Of a stretch of 64,000 nucleotides of DNA, positions 25,794 to 39,760 are shown piece after piece. The translations under genes and the position numbers were made by a program. The notes under the pieces were generated by a model. The model was not told the DNA's origin. It worked only from the letters and a program-made list of their open reading frames with translations, and made no database searches. Position 1 is the first letter of the stretch, and each line of letters begins with the position of its first letter. The DNA comes from Amphiscolops sp. MND2022 (lineage: Eukaryota). Location of the stretch: positions 48,670,001 to 48,734,000 of the forward strand of contig OZ076410.1 of the NCBI GenBank assembly GCA_964187785.1, in the 5' to 3' direction.

Positions 25794-28700
25794 ACCATCC
25801 CCTTTCTCCCATTCCTAGTCTACTGCAATGTGATAGACCACTCGCACTGCGGGCACATTGAAGTACTTTGAACCAGAACATTCTAGATGAACCGAAAGCT
25901 TCATGACAGACGAAGTGACAGCATATGTTGAAGCCACGAAGAACGTCGTGCGTGTTGTCAAAAACAACGAAGCAACGGCGGGGGTCACTTTTGTCTGCCC
26001 GCCAGGTCAAATCTACTTACCCAGGCCCCTGCAACAGTTCTAGTATTTAGCATTTGCGGCAGCTTTTACACGCTACCTTTACATTCACATAGTGGCGCCA
26101 AACATCAGAATCAGTGCAAATTCGTGGCGCCCTTGCGAGACGTCTCATCCAGCGTTCAGCGGAAGTATCGAAGGCCTTGCAGGCCTACGCATGATACAAA
26201 AGAAACACTCAGATGCTCGTCGACGAAGCCACAGCATTTGACTTTGGAATGCAGATGGCCCAAAGATCGTTGAACGAAGTTGGAGTTCGCCAAGTCAGTG
26301 ACCTAGCCCCACCCGAGAAAGAAAACATGGTAGATAACCTCTGGTAAGTGTGAAGAGATGATTCCACACTGGACGAAACGACTCACGAGCCTAAGTTTCA
26401 CAAAAAGCTAGTAGCTCTCTCAAATAGACCAAAGTCATAAAGCAGAACAGACTGGATACAACCGTCTTCCCTACAACCACAGCAGCAAAAGATGCTTAAG
26501 CAGACAGTTTCCCCCACATTGGCGCTGCTGGCAATGATGACACGAGACGTTGTACGTAGAAATTCGGAAGATCAGAGACAAACATACCGCTGATGGCATC
26601 TACTACTGGGCGAGCGCTTGGCTCAGGTCGGAGAGCGACACAACATACCGATCCCTGACTTCTTGTAAAACATTTCTCCCTTCTGGTTTCCAACTTTAGC
26701 ACAAGTAAAAGGAAATTGGGATGACCAGCAGACACAATTATACCACAAAGCTATGAGAGAAGCCACAGTGAGTGAAATCTTGGCATACTTGATGTCAGTA
26801 TGCTTCATTGCCGTATACCAAGGCCCAACTCAGCTGATCAAGAGAATGGTATTAAAAAAGACCACTACATGCTTATCCAGCTTTTTAGTATTTGGAAGGA
26901 ATCAAAGAAAATGGCTGCATGAACTGATCAACAATGTGGACCCAGCGGGATCCTTGCAATTGAAAACATAGTTGGACAACAACATAGAAATTTTGCTTGT
27001 ATAGATTTTTTCCATATGGGTCAACGTTTCAGGCATAATACATCCATTGGATGATCCCCAAGTAGTCCGACGAGAACCAAAAGAATTCCCAGGCTTCTAA
27101 TTCCCTTCCCAAATAGCTAGTATCATGCTTGTAAACAGAAGGCCTGCTCCCACTCATTGCCAATAGTTTGGCCTGTATTTGGTGCCGTGATGGCCCTTAA
27201 AAACCCCACGCAACCTTCGAAGGTCGCTACCAACGCCTCCGCACACTCAATCTTGCATTTTGTAAGTTCCGACAATTCGAGAAGACACCTACCTACCAGG
27301 CCATAGTCCACAATTTCGCTAACTTGCGGCCTCCAATGGCCTATACAATCATCAAGGATAGAAAACAGGTGGAACATAATTACTCAACGCTGAAATGTGC
27401 ACGTGCGCGGTGGGCTTTACACCTGCTAGAATTCGAAACTTGCTAACAACTTGCCCGAAGTGTCGCTTGAGATTTTGACCAAAGAGACGGATGAAGCAGT
27501 GACAGCGGCCACTGGCAGTTCTGTCTCATCTGTCGTGCACTCAAGCCAAGTGGACCCGATCCAGGTTCAGGTAGCTGGCAATGTGGAAATGACTGAAAAG
27601 GTTCCCTAGATGAATTGACGATCAGTGACCCCTTCAGCTCATCAGGTAATGCTACGTCCTTGAGAGATGAATCTGCCGGAGAGAAATCCCAAATGGAAGC
27701 GCCAGCCATAAAATTAGAGCTGAATGACCTCCTGAGCACGGCCCAACCGAGCTCACCCCCTTCGGAAGTGGCGACTCAAGGTTTGAATCCTGAGCCACAA
27801 GCGAAGATGGATACCTCACATGACCCACAGGACACTCGATCAGTGGAACGAAGTAAGCTATTAGCTATCGCCAAAACTAAGCGACCCAAGAAACTTGAAA
27901 CTAGTGCCTAATTGAAAATTCGTTCCAGGTGTTATTTTTGTTTTAGTTATGGAACACTTTGTTGCTCGATTGTTTGTTGATCCAGATACTACCTAGTAGG
28001 TGGGTCCCAACTTGGTGCCACCCACTTAAAACTCGAAAATAAAGAGTATTACCACGCTATTGTAGTTTTTTGTTAGTGCCGCGCGAGGTACCACTGCCAA
28101 AAAGATAATTTAACCCAAACTGATATGAATGAGGGTTGGAAATTTTTAATTACACTGATTATACTCCAAAAAATAAAGAAAGTTCAAAATATGCTGCAAA
28201 GGACCATCAAAACAGGATGATTTTGAAAGTTGCTATTAACACATTTTTGTCTTCTTGCAAGAATTTAAGGAAGCTACAAGCTGTAAGGTCGTTGCTAAAA
28301 ACCCACAGAGTATATATATTTTGTATCCTTTCTCGTTTGACGAGGACGTAAAACCACGGCCCGCGGAGGATGTAACGTCAACCAGTAGGCACCAAAACTT
28401 CGAAGAAAGATCGAAAAGTGTGCGTCTAAAATAGCCGACATGGCAGCTCCTTGAAATCAGAAGAGAGACGTAAGAAAACCTCAGAAAGAGACCCCTTGCC
28501 CGAAAAACACCAAAAAAATTGTATAATCAGACACCCGAAGTCGTCCTGAAGCTGAAACAAGGCAAAACCCAGTGTTGTGCCATCTGATCCAGAAATACGT
28601 GTAACAAGAGTATGGCAGAAAGATGAAGGATTTGCAATTCCTGTACGAATGTTACATGAGACTCAGAACTCGTTGAACACCATTTGCATACCTTTTCAGT

Positions 28701-29873
28701 CCTATTTTGTAGTGTTAGTATAGATTTTCTGATGATTGATAATGTTGGACCTTGCAGGTCGTAACTTTGGACCTATTACACAGAATAGAATTAACTTTGG
28801 CTAAACACCTGTTTTTGACCTCAGAGGTGTGTAGTAGGCTGCAGGAACGTTAGGAACCGCAGGACTTGTGTTTACAGGGTTGTGAGGCGTGTCCGGACTT
28901 TGAGAGTGCCGGCACGTCGCCTCGGAGCTCTAATTGGAGGAGCTTCCTTCGACGTATAGAAAATCCCCCTAGGGCTGCAGTAAGACAACGGTCTCCTGTT
29001 TAAGCACCCCATATGATTATCCCACTTCTATGTATTATCCCACTTCTATGATGTACGCTGCTAGGTGGACGTTACACTATCAAAAAATGACAAAAACTGC
29101 TTTAAAGTGTAAAAAATTCCAAATACTTGCAAAGTTGCTTATTTTTGGCGTCATTCTGGGGTCCTTGGGGTGAACCAAAAAAGTCGAGAAATCTCCACAA
29201 ACACATATCGCACGAAGCTAGAACTACGTGACTTGAATTCTATGGGTGACACCCTTGAAGGTAAATAAAAATTTGGTGCTGGGCAAATTTTTTAAACAAA
29301 AACCCGTTCGATTTGAATATTTTCCTTTCCCATATGAAATATGGGCGGAAAATAAGAATATATTCGCTCTGGGCTGAAGTTCGACACGTTTTGTCAAGAG
29401 CAAGCTCACTAAAAGTCTATAGGCGATAATCGTTCAAGCATGCGTAGAATCCGGCCTTCCCTTCGAGACGCACACGAGGTCATCGAAGATGAACGAACAG
29501 AAGACAATGCAATCCATGATCAAGAAAATCTACAAGCAAACGAGCCTCTTTTCTTCACGATGTTTCGAATTTATCAAAAACTGGCTATACAAAGGTGCTC
29601 CTGCATGCGCAAGGAGATTAAATTCGTATAACTGGGATCTGAGAAACATAGCCAAACTGCCAAACTTAGCCCGAAAATACTCAAAGCAAATTTTGGATTT
29701 TTTTCATTTTTCTCGAAAACTGGTCATATGTTTCGAACGAAGTTACTACAGTCATTCTACATCAAATTAGGGTCATTTGTGCAATGAAATCAAAATAGTA
29801 AGACTGAGACCAAAGAAACAAAACCAAAATTTGTCCAAAAATGCACGGGTTTTCCTCCCATACAAAAACAGGT

Positions 29874-30120
29874 TGTACAGTGCTAGTTTAGCTGATTAAT
29901 AAGAACTGTTTTTTTCTTTTAAGCTGTTTTATTCGTTGCGAGAGAGAAACGAAAAAAGTATAACTGAATAAAGCGGAAAATTGAAAACAACTGAAAAGGT
30001 TATCGGCATGAACAACTTAATATTTCTGTTTCATTGAAGCTGAATGAATTCATGACAAACTATGATTTTTGAAGAGGTTAATTCATATTGAGCCGCATCA
30101 TTTCCTTGAGATATTCAACA
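29874..30120 (-). repeat. BEL/Pao 3' LTR (247 bp)
   Basis: TGTACAGTGCTAGTTTAGCTGATT...GAGATATTCAACA; homologous to 35384-35603. Confidence 0.92.
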
Positions 30121-33100
30121 ATCTCCCGCTTTAAACTAGCTTCAAACTTTCAGTTGTATGAAAATTCAGTGGGTGGATTGAGAAAGGGAAGGGTAAGTAT
30201 AAGCCGTTATTCAGGCTACGTCCTTGTATTTGAATAGTATAACTATTCAGACAGCTTCTGAAGGAAAAGGGCGAAGTTTAGAGACTGGTCGCATAAGAGA
30301 AGCCGATAGTGTTTTGATCTTTACAAAAACGGGAATATCATCATTCCACAAAAAAGCTCGAGTATCCTGGCTATGAGCCATTCAAGTGGAGCCGTGTTGT
30401 CCTCTGCGACCAAGACCAGATCATTGATTTTAGGTTGAAGACCAGTCTGCATCCACTTTGAAAAAATCTATAGCTCATTTAAGTGCCCTCGTGTCCAGCG
30501 GTTCTGAAATTGTTGTCTCATCCGTTGCAAAAGTAGATATTTCTTGTCATTGGAAACTTTCGTAGGCGAACGTCTGTCTGCAAGGCTGTTGGGAGATAGA
30601 TGTTCTGATGAGAAAGTGACCAGGTGTCAGGGGCTCCAAATCACTGGGTTCGGAGTTAATTTTGATAAATGGACGGGAATTCAGCACAGCTTCTATTTGA
30701 ACAACTAATCTAAATCTATTTGAAAAACTAATCCGCCGGAATGTGGAGCTCGGGGAGGGATCATAGTACATTGTGCTAAGAGAGTTGTAGCAATTTGAGA
30801 TACTGAATTCCATTTCTTCGCCTGATTTAGCTTGAGTTGTATTAGTTCATTCCGTGCCCCGATGAATTTCGTACCATTGTCACTGAATATCGCAGCCGGT
30901 ACTCCCCACCTTGCTACTAATCTCTCCAATGCAAGCTTCAGTTGTAAAACTTGATACTTTGCCCAAATGAACAGCCTTGGTAGCGAAACAAACAAATAAC
31001 GATATGTAGACCTTCCCAGTCGTCTTGATGGTGCTTTCATCTTGACAAAGAAAGGTCCGGCAAAGTCAGTTCCGGTTTTGGTAAACGGTCTGCATGGCGT
31101 TATCCTTTCTGCAGGAAGAGGCCCCATGGGAATTTGAAACGAACTATGAGAAAACAGGACACATATCGTACAAGCTTGAATGATGCGGCAGACAAAATTT
31201 CGTGCACTCAGGAACTACAATTGCTGACGGAGATTATATGAAGTTGATTGCGGTCGAGCATGAAGACATTGTTGATGATGATATCGAACCAAGATCCTTG
31301 TGAAGTGTGAATTTGTTTCGATTAGCTTTGAGTGTTTAACATTGTCATCAAGTTTCGTAGATAGAATTAACCACCGACTTCAATAAGACCATCTCTTTCA
31401 TCAAGGAATGGGTTAAGCCACTGAATTTATGTTTTTTCGAATGTGGCTTGTCTTCACGGAGTAGCTGGACCTCCTCTGAAACAGATTGAGCTTTATGGTT
31501 CTTCAGTAATTGTAATTGTGCAGCTTGGATTTCTTCGAGTGAAAGACTAAGTTGTGTCAGGTACCTTGAACGGAGCTGGCGAGTGAATCGCTACACAAGC
31601 TTGTGTTTTACGTAATTGTCTGTACTTTGGGAATCGTGATTGATCCAGTTGCGAGCTCGCTTGTATGATGCTGTAGACGCTCGATTTGATTTTTCGTTGC
31701 TCTGTTGAAACGTCGTTGATAACTGTTTTCTCGGGCCATTTGTTAAAATCAGTCAGGAATGGAGGTCCGTTTCAACAAAGACTGTTATGAACAACTAGTT
31801 TACGAGGGCACCCCTAGAAACCATATCCACCGGATTCAACTTGGTGGGAACGTGAAACCAATAGGAAGGTGGCGTGAGATTCTGGATAGCATTCACTTGA
31901 TTATTAGCCACGAAAGTCTTCCATCTTGAAAGTAGGGCCAGAATCCGTGCCAAGGTAAAGTTACTGTCAGTCCAGGCGAAAGTTTCAAGGTTCATGAGTG
32001 GTACAGAATTGAATGCCTGAAGAATTTTATCCATTAGTTTTGCGCCCAAATGTGCTGCGCACAACTCTAAACGTGGCGTGGCAATGAGATTGTCTTAATG
32101 GGAGCAACCTTCGACTTGGCTGCAATGAGATGTGAAATTCGTTCACCAGTGACACTTTGTAATACCAAATAAATGATTGCGGCATATGCATGCATTGATG
32201 CATCGGTGAAGCAATATTTTTCGTGTTTAACTGCGTCACATTCTGTAATGAAACATTGCAAAGCGAAATCTTCAAGTGCATCCACTCATCTTATGTCCGA
32301 TTTGACAAAGTTTAATGGTCTGGGCTCGTCCCATGATAGCCCCAGTGTCCATAAACGTTGTGTCCAAGTCTTTGCTGTAATGGTAATTGGGGTCAACCAA
32401 ACAATCGGGTCAAACAAATTTGCCTCTTTTGATATTAATTGTTTCTTTGTCATTGTTTCTTTGTCAAAGAGGGGATTGATTTAGGGCAGGGTGCAAGTCA
32501 ATAGGAAACAGTCCTTATGAGGCTGCCACGTTCGAGTTGATGAGTCTGCTTCAAATAGATTAACTATATTGCCTCCACGCATATCTGGCGAGAGTCTTTC
32601 GACAAGTGTTGGATCATTCGAGACCCACTTCCGAAGGGGCAAAATGGCCCTCTCCAATGTGGCTATGAGTTCATCTTGAGGGCTTTGGCATCTTCCAGGG
32701 TATTGCAGCCTAAAAGAAAATCCACGTAGATATTTTTGCAAAAAGCTTCACGAGCATTTTCGTTATCGGTGGGTTTAGCTGTCTCTTGAATCGAACGAAC
32801 AGCATGGTAACCATTTGACGCTATCCCGTATATGACGCGTGTTAATTGTAGGTGTCTGATTTCATTTTTTGGATCCTATCGTCACAAAAGCCGCTGGAAA
32901 CTTCGTGATTCCTTTACAAGTGCTATTTGTCTATACATATTGGCGACATCAGCTGTCATCCCAAATTTGTAGCTGCGGAAACGAATCAAAAGATCGAAGA
33001 TGTGTGGTTGTAACATTGGGCCAGTCATGAGAGTACTATTTACCAGAACAACTGTTGTCGTATTTGCGGAGCCATCGAAAACCACAATCAGTTTGGTGGT

Positions 33101-35383
33101 CGTACTCGAATCCTTGGAAACAGCGTGACGTGGTATGTAAGAATGGTTTTCATATCCAGTATCCTTTTCTTCGGGAGGAACATCTTCATTGTGCCCCATG
33201 TGTTAAAATTCCTTGATTAAAGCATTGTATTGTTCCTTCGCCACAGGATTCTTCTTTTGTAGGCATCTTTCTTGAGCCTCAAACCGATGTTTCGCTCTCT
33301 TGAATGGAACGCCAAGTTTAGGCATAGGCTTGATGAAGGGCATTTCCACTACAACTTTTCCGTCATCGGCACGTGTCGTGGTTTCATCGTAGTGTTTGCT
33401 GCAATCTTGCGCTTTTTGCGTCCAATTATTCTTGGGTGACAAAGGCATTTCCTCGGTTAGCCAGAAGTTTCGCAAACAATCATCTGGAGTTAAGATGTGA
33501 CTGACTGCGGGTGAATTGTTGTTTTTGCTATTGATTGTTGACACATCATAACCAAAGACGCTATTAATTAAACGTAAATTCCCATGTTTCACAAATTTTC
33601 TGATCCGTAGGGACTCGTAAATTTCTGCCCCTATGATAATTTCGATATCTGAAGGTATATTGAAGTTTGGATCAGCTAACTTCAACTATGGTAAGTTGAT
33701 TGGATTATCAAACTTCATGGAAGGAAGAGGCAGCGTTAGTCCTTTTTCATTACAATCGCCGGGTTTGTGATGATTGTATCACTGACCTTGACCTGAATCT
33801 TGGTTGTGCCGCTCATCGAAATTTGTCCTGTTCCCAACTACTGTGAATGAAGAATCTGAAATACGCATTGTGATTCTCAACTTGATACGGAAAGCGTTTG
33901 TCATCAAATTGATTTGTGAACCACTGTCTAGACTCTGTTTGTTTGTTCAGCACTTGAATAATGTTTGTTTAAAGCAGAACTTGATAAGATGAGCACCTCG
34001 TAGAAGAAACTTGGGTACACGTGTTGACTTCATTCGTGTCGTGACATGCTGACTGCGCATCGTTATTTGTTAGAGCAGCAACGATATTCGTTGTCTGATT
34101 CATCTGTAGCAGAGTGTTGTGCATTTTGTCACAAACTTTGCATCTTTTTGCTGTTGAAAATTTCTTTGCACTATGGCCAGATCGTAGACAGTTACGGCAA
34201 AGTCCTTTTACTTTGACACTCTTCCTTCGTTCATCAACTGGCTTCTTCTTGAAGTCTTCACACGTAAAAAGTCGATGCGTTTGATTGCAATTCGGGCATT
34301 TGGCTGGATATCTGGCTGTTAACGCATGAATTCGTTTGGCATGGCCACTCTGTACCTGCCCATCTTCAATCCCTTGTCAGTGGATTGCTAACTGCCATGT
34401 GCAGCTTCCAATACACGGTTTCCTGTGATTAGAAATTTTTGTAGATCTTCGTACTTGATGAGATTGGTGCCTGTTTTTTCCAGCTCCTATTCACGCTTTG
34501 ATTCTGCATCTATTTTTTCAACAACTTGATAGACTTTGTAGATGTCCAATTCATCCATATTCAAAGCCAGATCTTCCAGGGCACGTCTATGTTCATCGGC
34601 AGTCTGCATTAAATTACGCAACGAACTTGCCTCGTAGGTAGCTGTTGATGCGTTAACATTTGATGAAATATGTTCACGAACACTTGCTCTCCGATTTTCA
34701 TAACGCTCTTTCAACATCGTTCTTGCTTCGCCATAATTCCCATCAGTGATTCTGATGGCTGAGAGAAGACGCTTAGCTTCGCCCGTCAGCAATCCTTTGA
34801 GGCACAACAGTTTCAGTGAATTTGAGAAACTTGGGTTTGAGTCATCTGCTCCGTCGAACAGATCAACAAACGATGTCCAATGCTTATATGAGCCATCAAA
34901 CTTTGGAATATCTAATTTAAGTTATTTGAATCTTGAATCTTGATTCCCTCCGGATGGGTTGTTCGAAGTCATTGCTGTTGAACTTCCGTCTGTTGCCAGT
35001 TTTGTTGTTGCTCGATGTTCTTCTAGCTCAATTTTTCCGTCGTTATCTTCAATCCTGGCGATTTCACCGTCGATGTAGTCAATGTTCGTTAGTCCTTGAA
35101 TTTCCAAGTTCATCTCATCAAGGGTCTGACGATGGTTCTTGGGCAAGTTACACAAAGCGACTAACTCAAGCTTGGTTTCTGTATCCACATGATCTGCAAG
35201 GAGTTAATCCAAACGATTCATCTTTTTTGTTGCAGCAGCTCGTGTCCCACCTCTGGTTCTTGTTAGTTTGGGGCACCTCTAAGCTTCAGTTTCATCTCCC
35301 TTGTTGGAATAAACTGCTTGTTGAATGTAGTAGAAGTTCGAACAACTCGTGATAAATCTCGTGCTTCTCAATGGCCAACAAAA

Positions 35384-35603
35384 TGTACAGTGCTAGTTTA
35401 GCTGATTGATAAAAACTGTTTTATTTGTTGACAGAGAGGAACAAAAAAACTAGAACTTAATAAAGCGGGAAAATGAAAACAACTGAAATGGATATCGGCA
35501 TGAACAACTTAACATTTCTGTTTCATTGAAGCTGAAAGAATTCATGAACAAACTTCCACTTTTGAATGAGTTATTTCATGATGAGCCGCGGAGATATTCA
35601 ACA
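35384..35603 (-). repeat. BEL/Pao 5' LTR (220 bp)
   Basis: Same termini as the left LTR; followed on the minus strand by TTTTGTTGGCC (weak PBS candidate). Confidence 0.92.
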
Positions 35604-36710
35604 CAGGTCAATCATATTCTGCCATCGTACTCACAGTGTGATACCAGGCTAATCACACTCTGAACATATATGGTTCAGTCTATGATACGCCACGCTCCAG
35701 AAAAAAGCAAAGTTCATGGTTCCATCCTGACCATGTTCCACGGCCCCCAGAAAAGCGGCTGCAACTTACTGCGATTTTCCGAGCATTTCAATCATTTTAA
35801 AATTCCGGGCATTCTTGCAACTTTTCTTGCGCTTTTCGTTAAAATCAAAGCAAAACACCGAAACTGAATTTTGTTAACTTAAAACTTGCCAAATTTTAGG
35901 AGGCCAATAAAGATTATCCGGGATTACATTCCTTTGCAAAGTAATATGCATTTTCAATATCGACGTCCGCAGAGGTGGAGCGCCTATTTTCGTATCTTAA
36001 CAAAAACCTCATAGATGCCGTCAACCCTTAAAAAGCAAAATCATTGAATGGCTTTTGTTTTTATTCTTTAATTTGTAAAATTTCATTTTGTTATTTGTTT
36101 TGTTATTACACTTTGTAATTTAAAAATTTGAAGTTTTCCGCGCTTGTTCCCGCGATTCAAAACATTTTAAACACAACTGTTCCCGCGATTTGTTTAATTT
36201 TATTTCCGCAACTGCCTAGGGGCCGTGATATTCTATGCCATTTATGGTTCAGTCTATAATCTAGGGTCAGCCTGAGTCAGTATTTGGAACTTTTTACTTT
36301 CCCCGAGACAATTAAAAACTTCGAGAAACGGTAAGAGAAAAGGATGTATTTGTGGCTACTTTCTAACTTAAATTAGTTCATGAAAAGATATTTTAAAGAT
36401 AATAAACCAGGTTTTAGAGTCATTTAATTGCATCAACTACCATGATACTGATAAACTTCTGCAAATTCGATTCAAGATTTTACTGCAGCATAGGATAACC
36501 TGGAACTTATCGTTTATAAAGAGTCTTTTCAAAAACATTTTGACAGAATACTCTTTTTTGATTGGCTGAAATTTGTGCTGTTATCATTTCTGATGTATGA
36601 ATTTCTTTCTCAACTATCAGATACCTTGTATCTTTGTCATCAATCCAGTGTCATTGAGTCATCATGTTGGGGGAGGAAACACACACCCGTGATCTGTAAC
36701 GAAAGGAGGA

Positions 36711-36897
36711 GTAGACCGGTATCAACAAAAAACCAACAAACTACTCATATCAGCCACTGTCCCAGTAGACCAGTAGAACCAAGGTAAAAGACCTGTGATG
36801 ATAAGGCCTGCTGCTTTTTTGAAATAATGTTTCTACCGGTCAACGGATAGTGGCTGGTATAAGTATTTTGTTGGTTGTTGATTTGTTACTGGTCTAC
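36711..36897. repeat. Imperfect inverted repeat, about 52-bp arms (MITE or hairpin-like)
   Basis: GTAGACCGGTATCAACAAAAAACCAACAAACTACTCATATCAGCCACTGTCC (36711-36762) matches the reverse complement of 36845-36897. Confidence 0.75.
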
Positions 36898-37249
36898 CGG
36901 GATAGTGGAGGTATGAGAGAGAGAGCGAGAGAAAGACTTAATTCTCAATCCGAGAAAACCAATTTCCAAACGACACTCCTACTAAACTTACAAGAGTTGC
37001 AAGCACAACATATGTAATGAAAGCAACCAAGATCAGAACAGAAATTTTTCAGCATCATATATTTTCTAACAGCTTGAATATTCATAGTATCCAGTCCAGT
37101 AATGACTTTATGTCTGGAAAGAAAATTGGTCATTTCAGCAGCTCTGGAGAGAAAGATTTTTGATGAGCAAGTGAGTGGTAGTTACAATTCAGTAAACTCA
37201 TGGCTTGAGTTCTTAAGGTTCGGTCATTAACACGAAAGTCAATGAGGGT

Positions 37250-39160
37250 AGCAAAGTCATACAGATACCGTCCACTAAACATTTTGGATGCCTTTGTGAA
37301 CGTAAGAAGTTCAATTTGATATCACACAGGCAGGATATTGTAGTTTTTCAACTGCTGTTCATATTGTAATTTAGAACCAAAGACCTAACAGAGGCAGGAT
37401 TTTCGAAACTTTTCCAATTCTTTCATCCTCGTTTTTTCAGGATGCCAAGCAGGAATTCCATAGAGGAGAATGGATAACACCATCAAAGTGTATCAATTCA
37501 CCTTCGTTTTGGAGGGAGTATTAAAGGGGATCCAATATAGACGAGCAAAAAATGCCTTTCGAGCATTATTGAGCTATATTTGTCCATGACTAGGCTAATT
37601 TAAATGGCTGGCTACAACAATACCCAGATCTTTGTGAAATTTTACATTTTCCAACAACTCAGATGCGTTTAGAAGAACAGCTGGTTTGCCAGCAAAAAGT
37701 AAACATTTAGTTTTGCTGGAAATTGCTATCATCCCATTTGAGACAATCCAGTTTGACAAACTTGCCAAATCATTATGGAAATTGAGAGTATAGTTGAAAA
37801 AAAGTTTCAAGTCATCAGCAAACAGCCATGGTATACAGTCTATGAAATTAGAAATAAACTAAAGAAAAAAGGGACCAGGACGGAACCTTGAGGAACTCCA
37901 CTCGAGGTTGACTGAGTCGGAGACAAGGTTATCAATTTAACATTCTGAATCCGATCTTTCAGGTAGCTTGATAATAGGTCCATGAAACTTTCATCCAGAC
38001 CAAACGTACGAATCTTACTCAAAAGAATTGTGTGAGGAACCTTATCAAATGCTTTTTCATAATCTAGATACACAGGATAGGTAACCAAGGTCCTCATTCT
38101 ATGTGCAAATTCTAGGTAGTCTAATAACTCTAAGACAGAATTTTTTCTTGACTGAAAACCGAATTGTCTAGGGTGTATTTTCATCCAAACGTGGCTATAA
38201 TTGTGCCTGTAGACCAGTTTTTCAAATCCTAGAGAGCATTTCGGGAGGAGACTAATGGCACGGTAAAAAACAAGGAGTTTTTTAGCCCCATTCTTGAAAG
38301 CTGGTCGCATCAAAGCACTTTTCCAAATTTCAGGGTAAGGTCTCGTACGAACTATAGAGCAAAAAAGAGGACGAAGAAGGGTTGTAAAAACATCAAGACA
38401 GAGTTTCCATAACTTAGAGGGAAAATCATTTGTAACGGTCGGGGATTCTTTCAAATCGAGTATCTTCCCACGAATAATTGAGGGAATCAAGTATAAAAGG
38501 ATATCATCAAGTTTGACTGAGCCATCTGATTCATAAACTATAGCTAGAATTACTGCATGATTGAAACTGTTGTGAAGTAGTAAATATTAAAGGTATTTGC
38601 TATTTGAGGTATGGTCTTCAAGGAGTCGTCACTATAGCTCATCACCATTGGTATGTATTTGTCTTGAGGTTGTTTAAGAGACTGCAACAGTCAGGCAGAG
38701 TCTTCGTGGAAGCTCCAGCAACGAATAGCATTCGGTCCAGTTCTGCTGAGTTACTAAAAGGAGTTTCTCGACAGATTCAATGTTGGTTTTACTAGGATTA
38801 TCATTAGTTTTTCTGTTCGCTGTGTTCAACTTGTTGAGCGTATGCATTGTATTGGGAGTGTAGTAAAACGGGTTGACTAAGCGTTTTTTCCTCTTATTAC
38901 TGAATGAAGTTTCAGTACTATACCAAAGATAATTGTAGAAAAAAACCACATTTGCTTGGATAGGGCTCGTATGTGAAGTGAATCCACGATTTTTTGAAAA
39001 GTTTCATCTCCTCACGATTCGTGAAGGAGAGAACCATACGTGAAGAGTTGGGTTTGACAGCATTCTCTAAGTTCAGAATTATTGGATAGTGATCACTAAA
39101 ATAATTCGTACCCATGATCTCGAAGGATAGAGAGACAGTGTGTAGGTCACACAAGTTATT
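37250..39160 (-). mobile_element. Non-LTR retrotransposon (LINE, CR1/L2/Jockey-like) ORF2 remnant
   Basis: APE endonuclease end SDHYPI (38918-39154); RT YRAISLL...QFGFQ...YLDYEKAFDKVPH...SGVPQGSVL (37840-38490); frameshifted PWLFADD at about 37810-37830; HKDLGI. Confidence 0.9.
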
Positions 39161-39316
39161 ATCAAGGTTGTTACATCACAATGTGTGCTTTCGTTCAGTA
39201 TTAGCGGCGACAAAACGTACTCAGAAAAAAGATTAAGATACTGTTATTCTCGGTTAATGTGGCTGTGCTTAAAATTCCAATCAGTTGACGAAAAGTTGAA
39301 ATCTCCTAAGACCCTA

Positions 39317-39516
39317 NNNNNNNNNNNNNNNNNNNNNNNNNNNNNNNNNNNNNNNNNNNNNNNNNNNNNNNNNNNNNNNNNNNNNNNNNNNNNNNNNNNN
39401 NNNNNNNNNNNNNNNNNNNNNNNNNNNNNNNNNNNNNNNNNNNNNNNNNNNNNNNNNNNNNNNNNNNNNNNNNNNNNNNNNNNNNNNNNNNNNNNNNNNN
39501 NNNNNNNNNNNNNNNN
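39317..39516. other. Assembly gap (200 N)
   Basis: Run of exactly 200 N. Confidence 0.99.
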
Positions 39517-39760
39517 CCTCCACGAGGACCATTTTGTCTATCACTTCTTGCATATATAAGATATCCAAGTTTTAGACACTAACAAAATCCGATAATTTGC
39601 TTTTCTTTGCTGTGGTATGAAGACCACGAGTGTTGATTAAAAGATCTTTGGAACTGAGGAGTCAATCTGTTTGCTTTTCCTCAGTGGTAATAAATATTTT
39701 ACTCAGATTGGCAGCGATTGTTTCGAACGGGTGGCTGTAAATAGGTCGAATTTTTGATCG

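Larger units (their letters stand above)
29874..35603 (-). mobile_element. Full-length, decayed BEL/Pao LTR retrotransposon with 5-bp TSD CAGGT
   Basis: TG...CA LTRs at 29874-30120 and 35384-35603; CAGGT at 29869-29873 and 35604-35608; PPT (minus AAAGCGGGAGAT) at 30121-30132. Gag CLKGLLTGEAK...LKERYEN, RT VFDGSA...[26 protein letters not shown], integrase GTDFAGPF...SDNGTKF, IEAVLNSRP. Confidence 0.95.

Noticed and set aside
28100-28700. piggyBac transposase C-terminal relic
   Set aside because: Only scattered Cys residues; no convincing DDD motif or TTAA-flanked TIRs.
523-35352. Many 60-140 aa hydrophobic + strand ORFs (e.g. 523-768, 2459-2824, 20369-20605, 34933-35352)
   Set aside because: They are antisense shadows of A-rich minus-strand retrotransposon frames, not independent genes.
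39185-39568. ORFs crossing the N run
   Set aside because: Artefacts of the 200-N gap.
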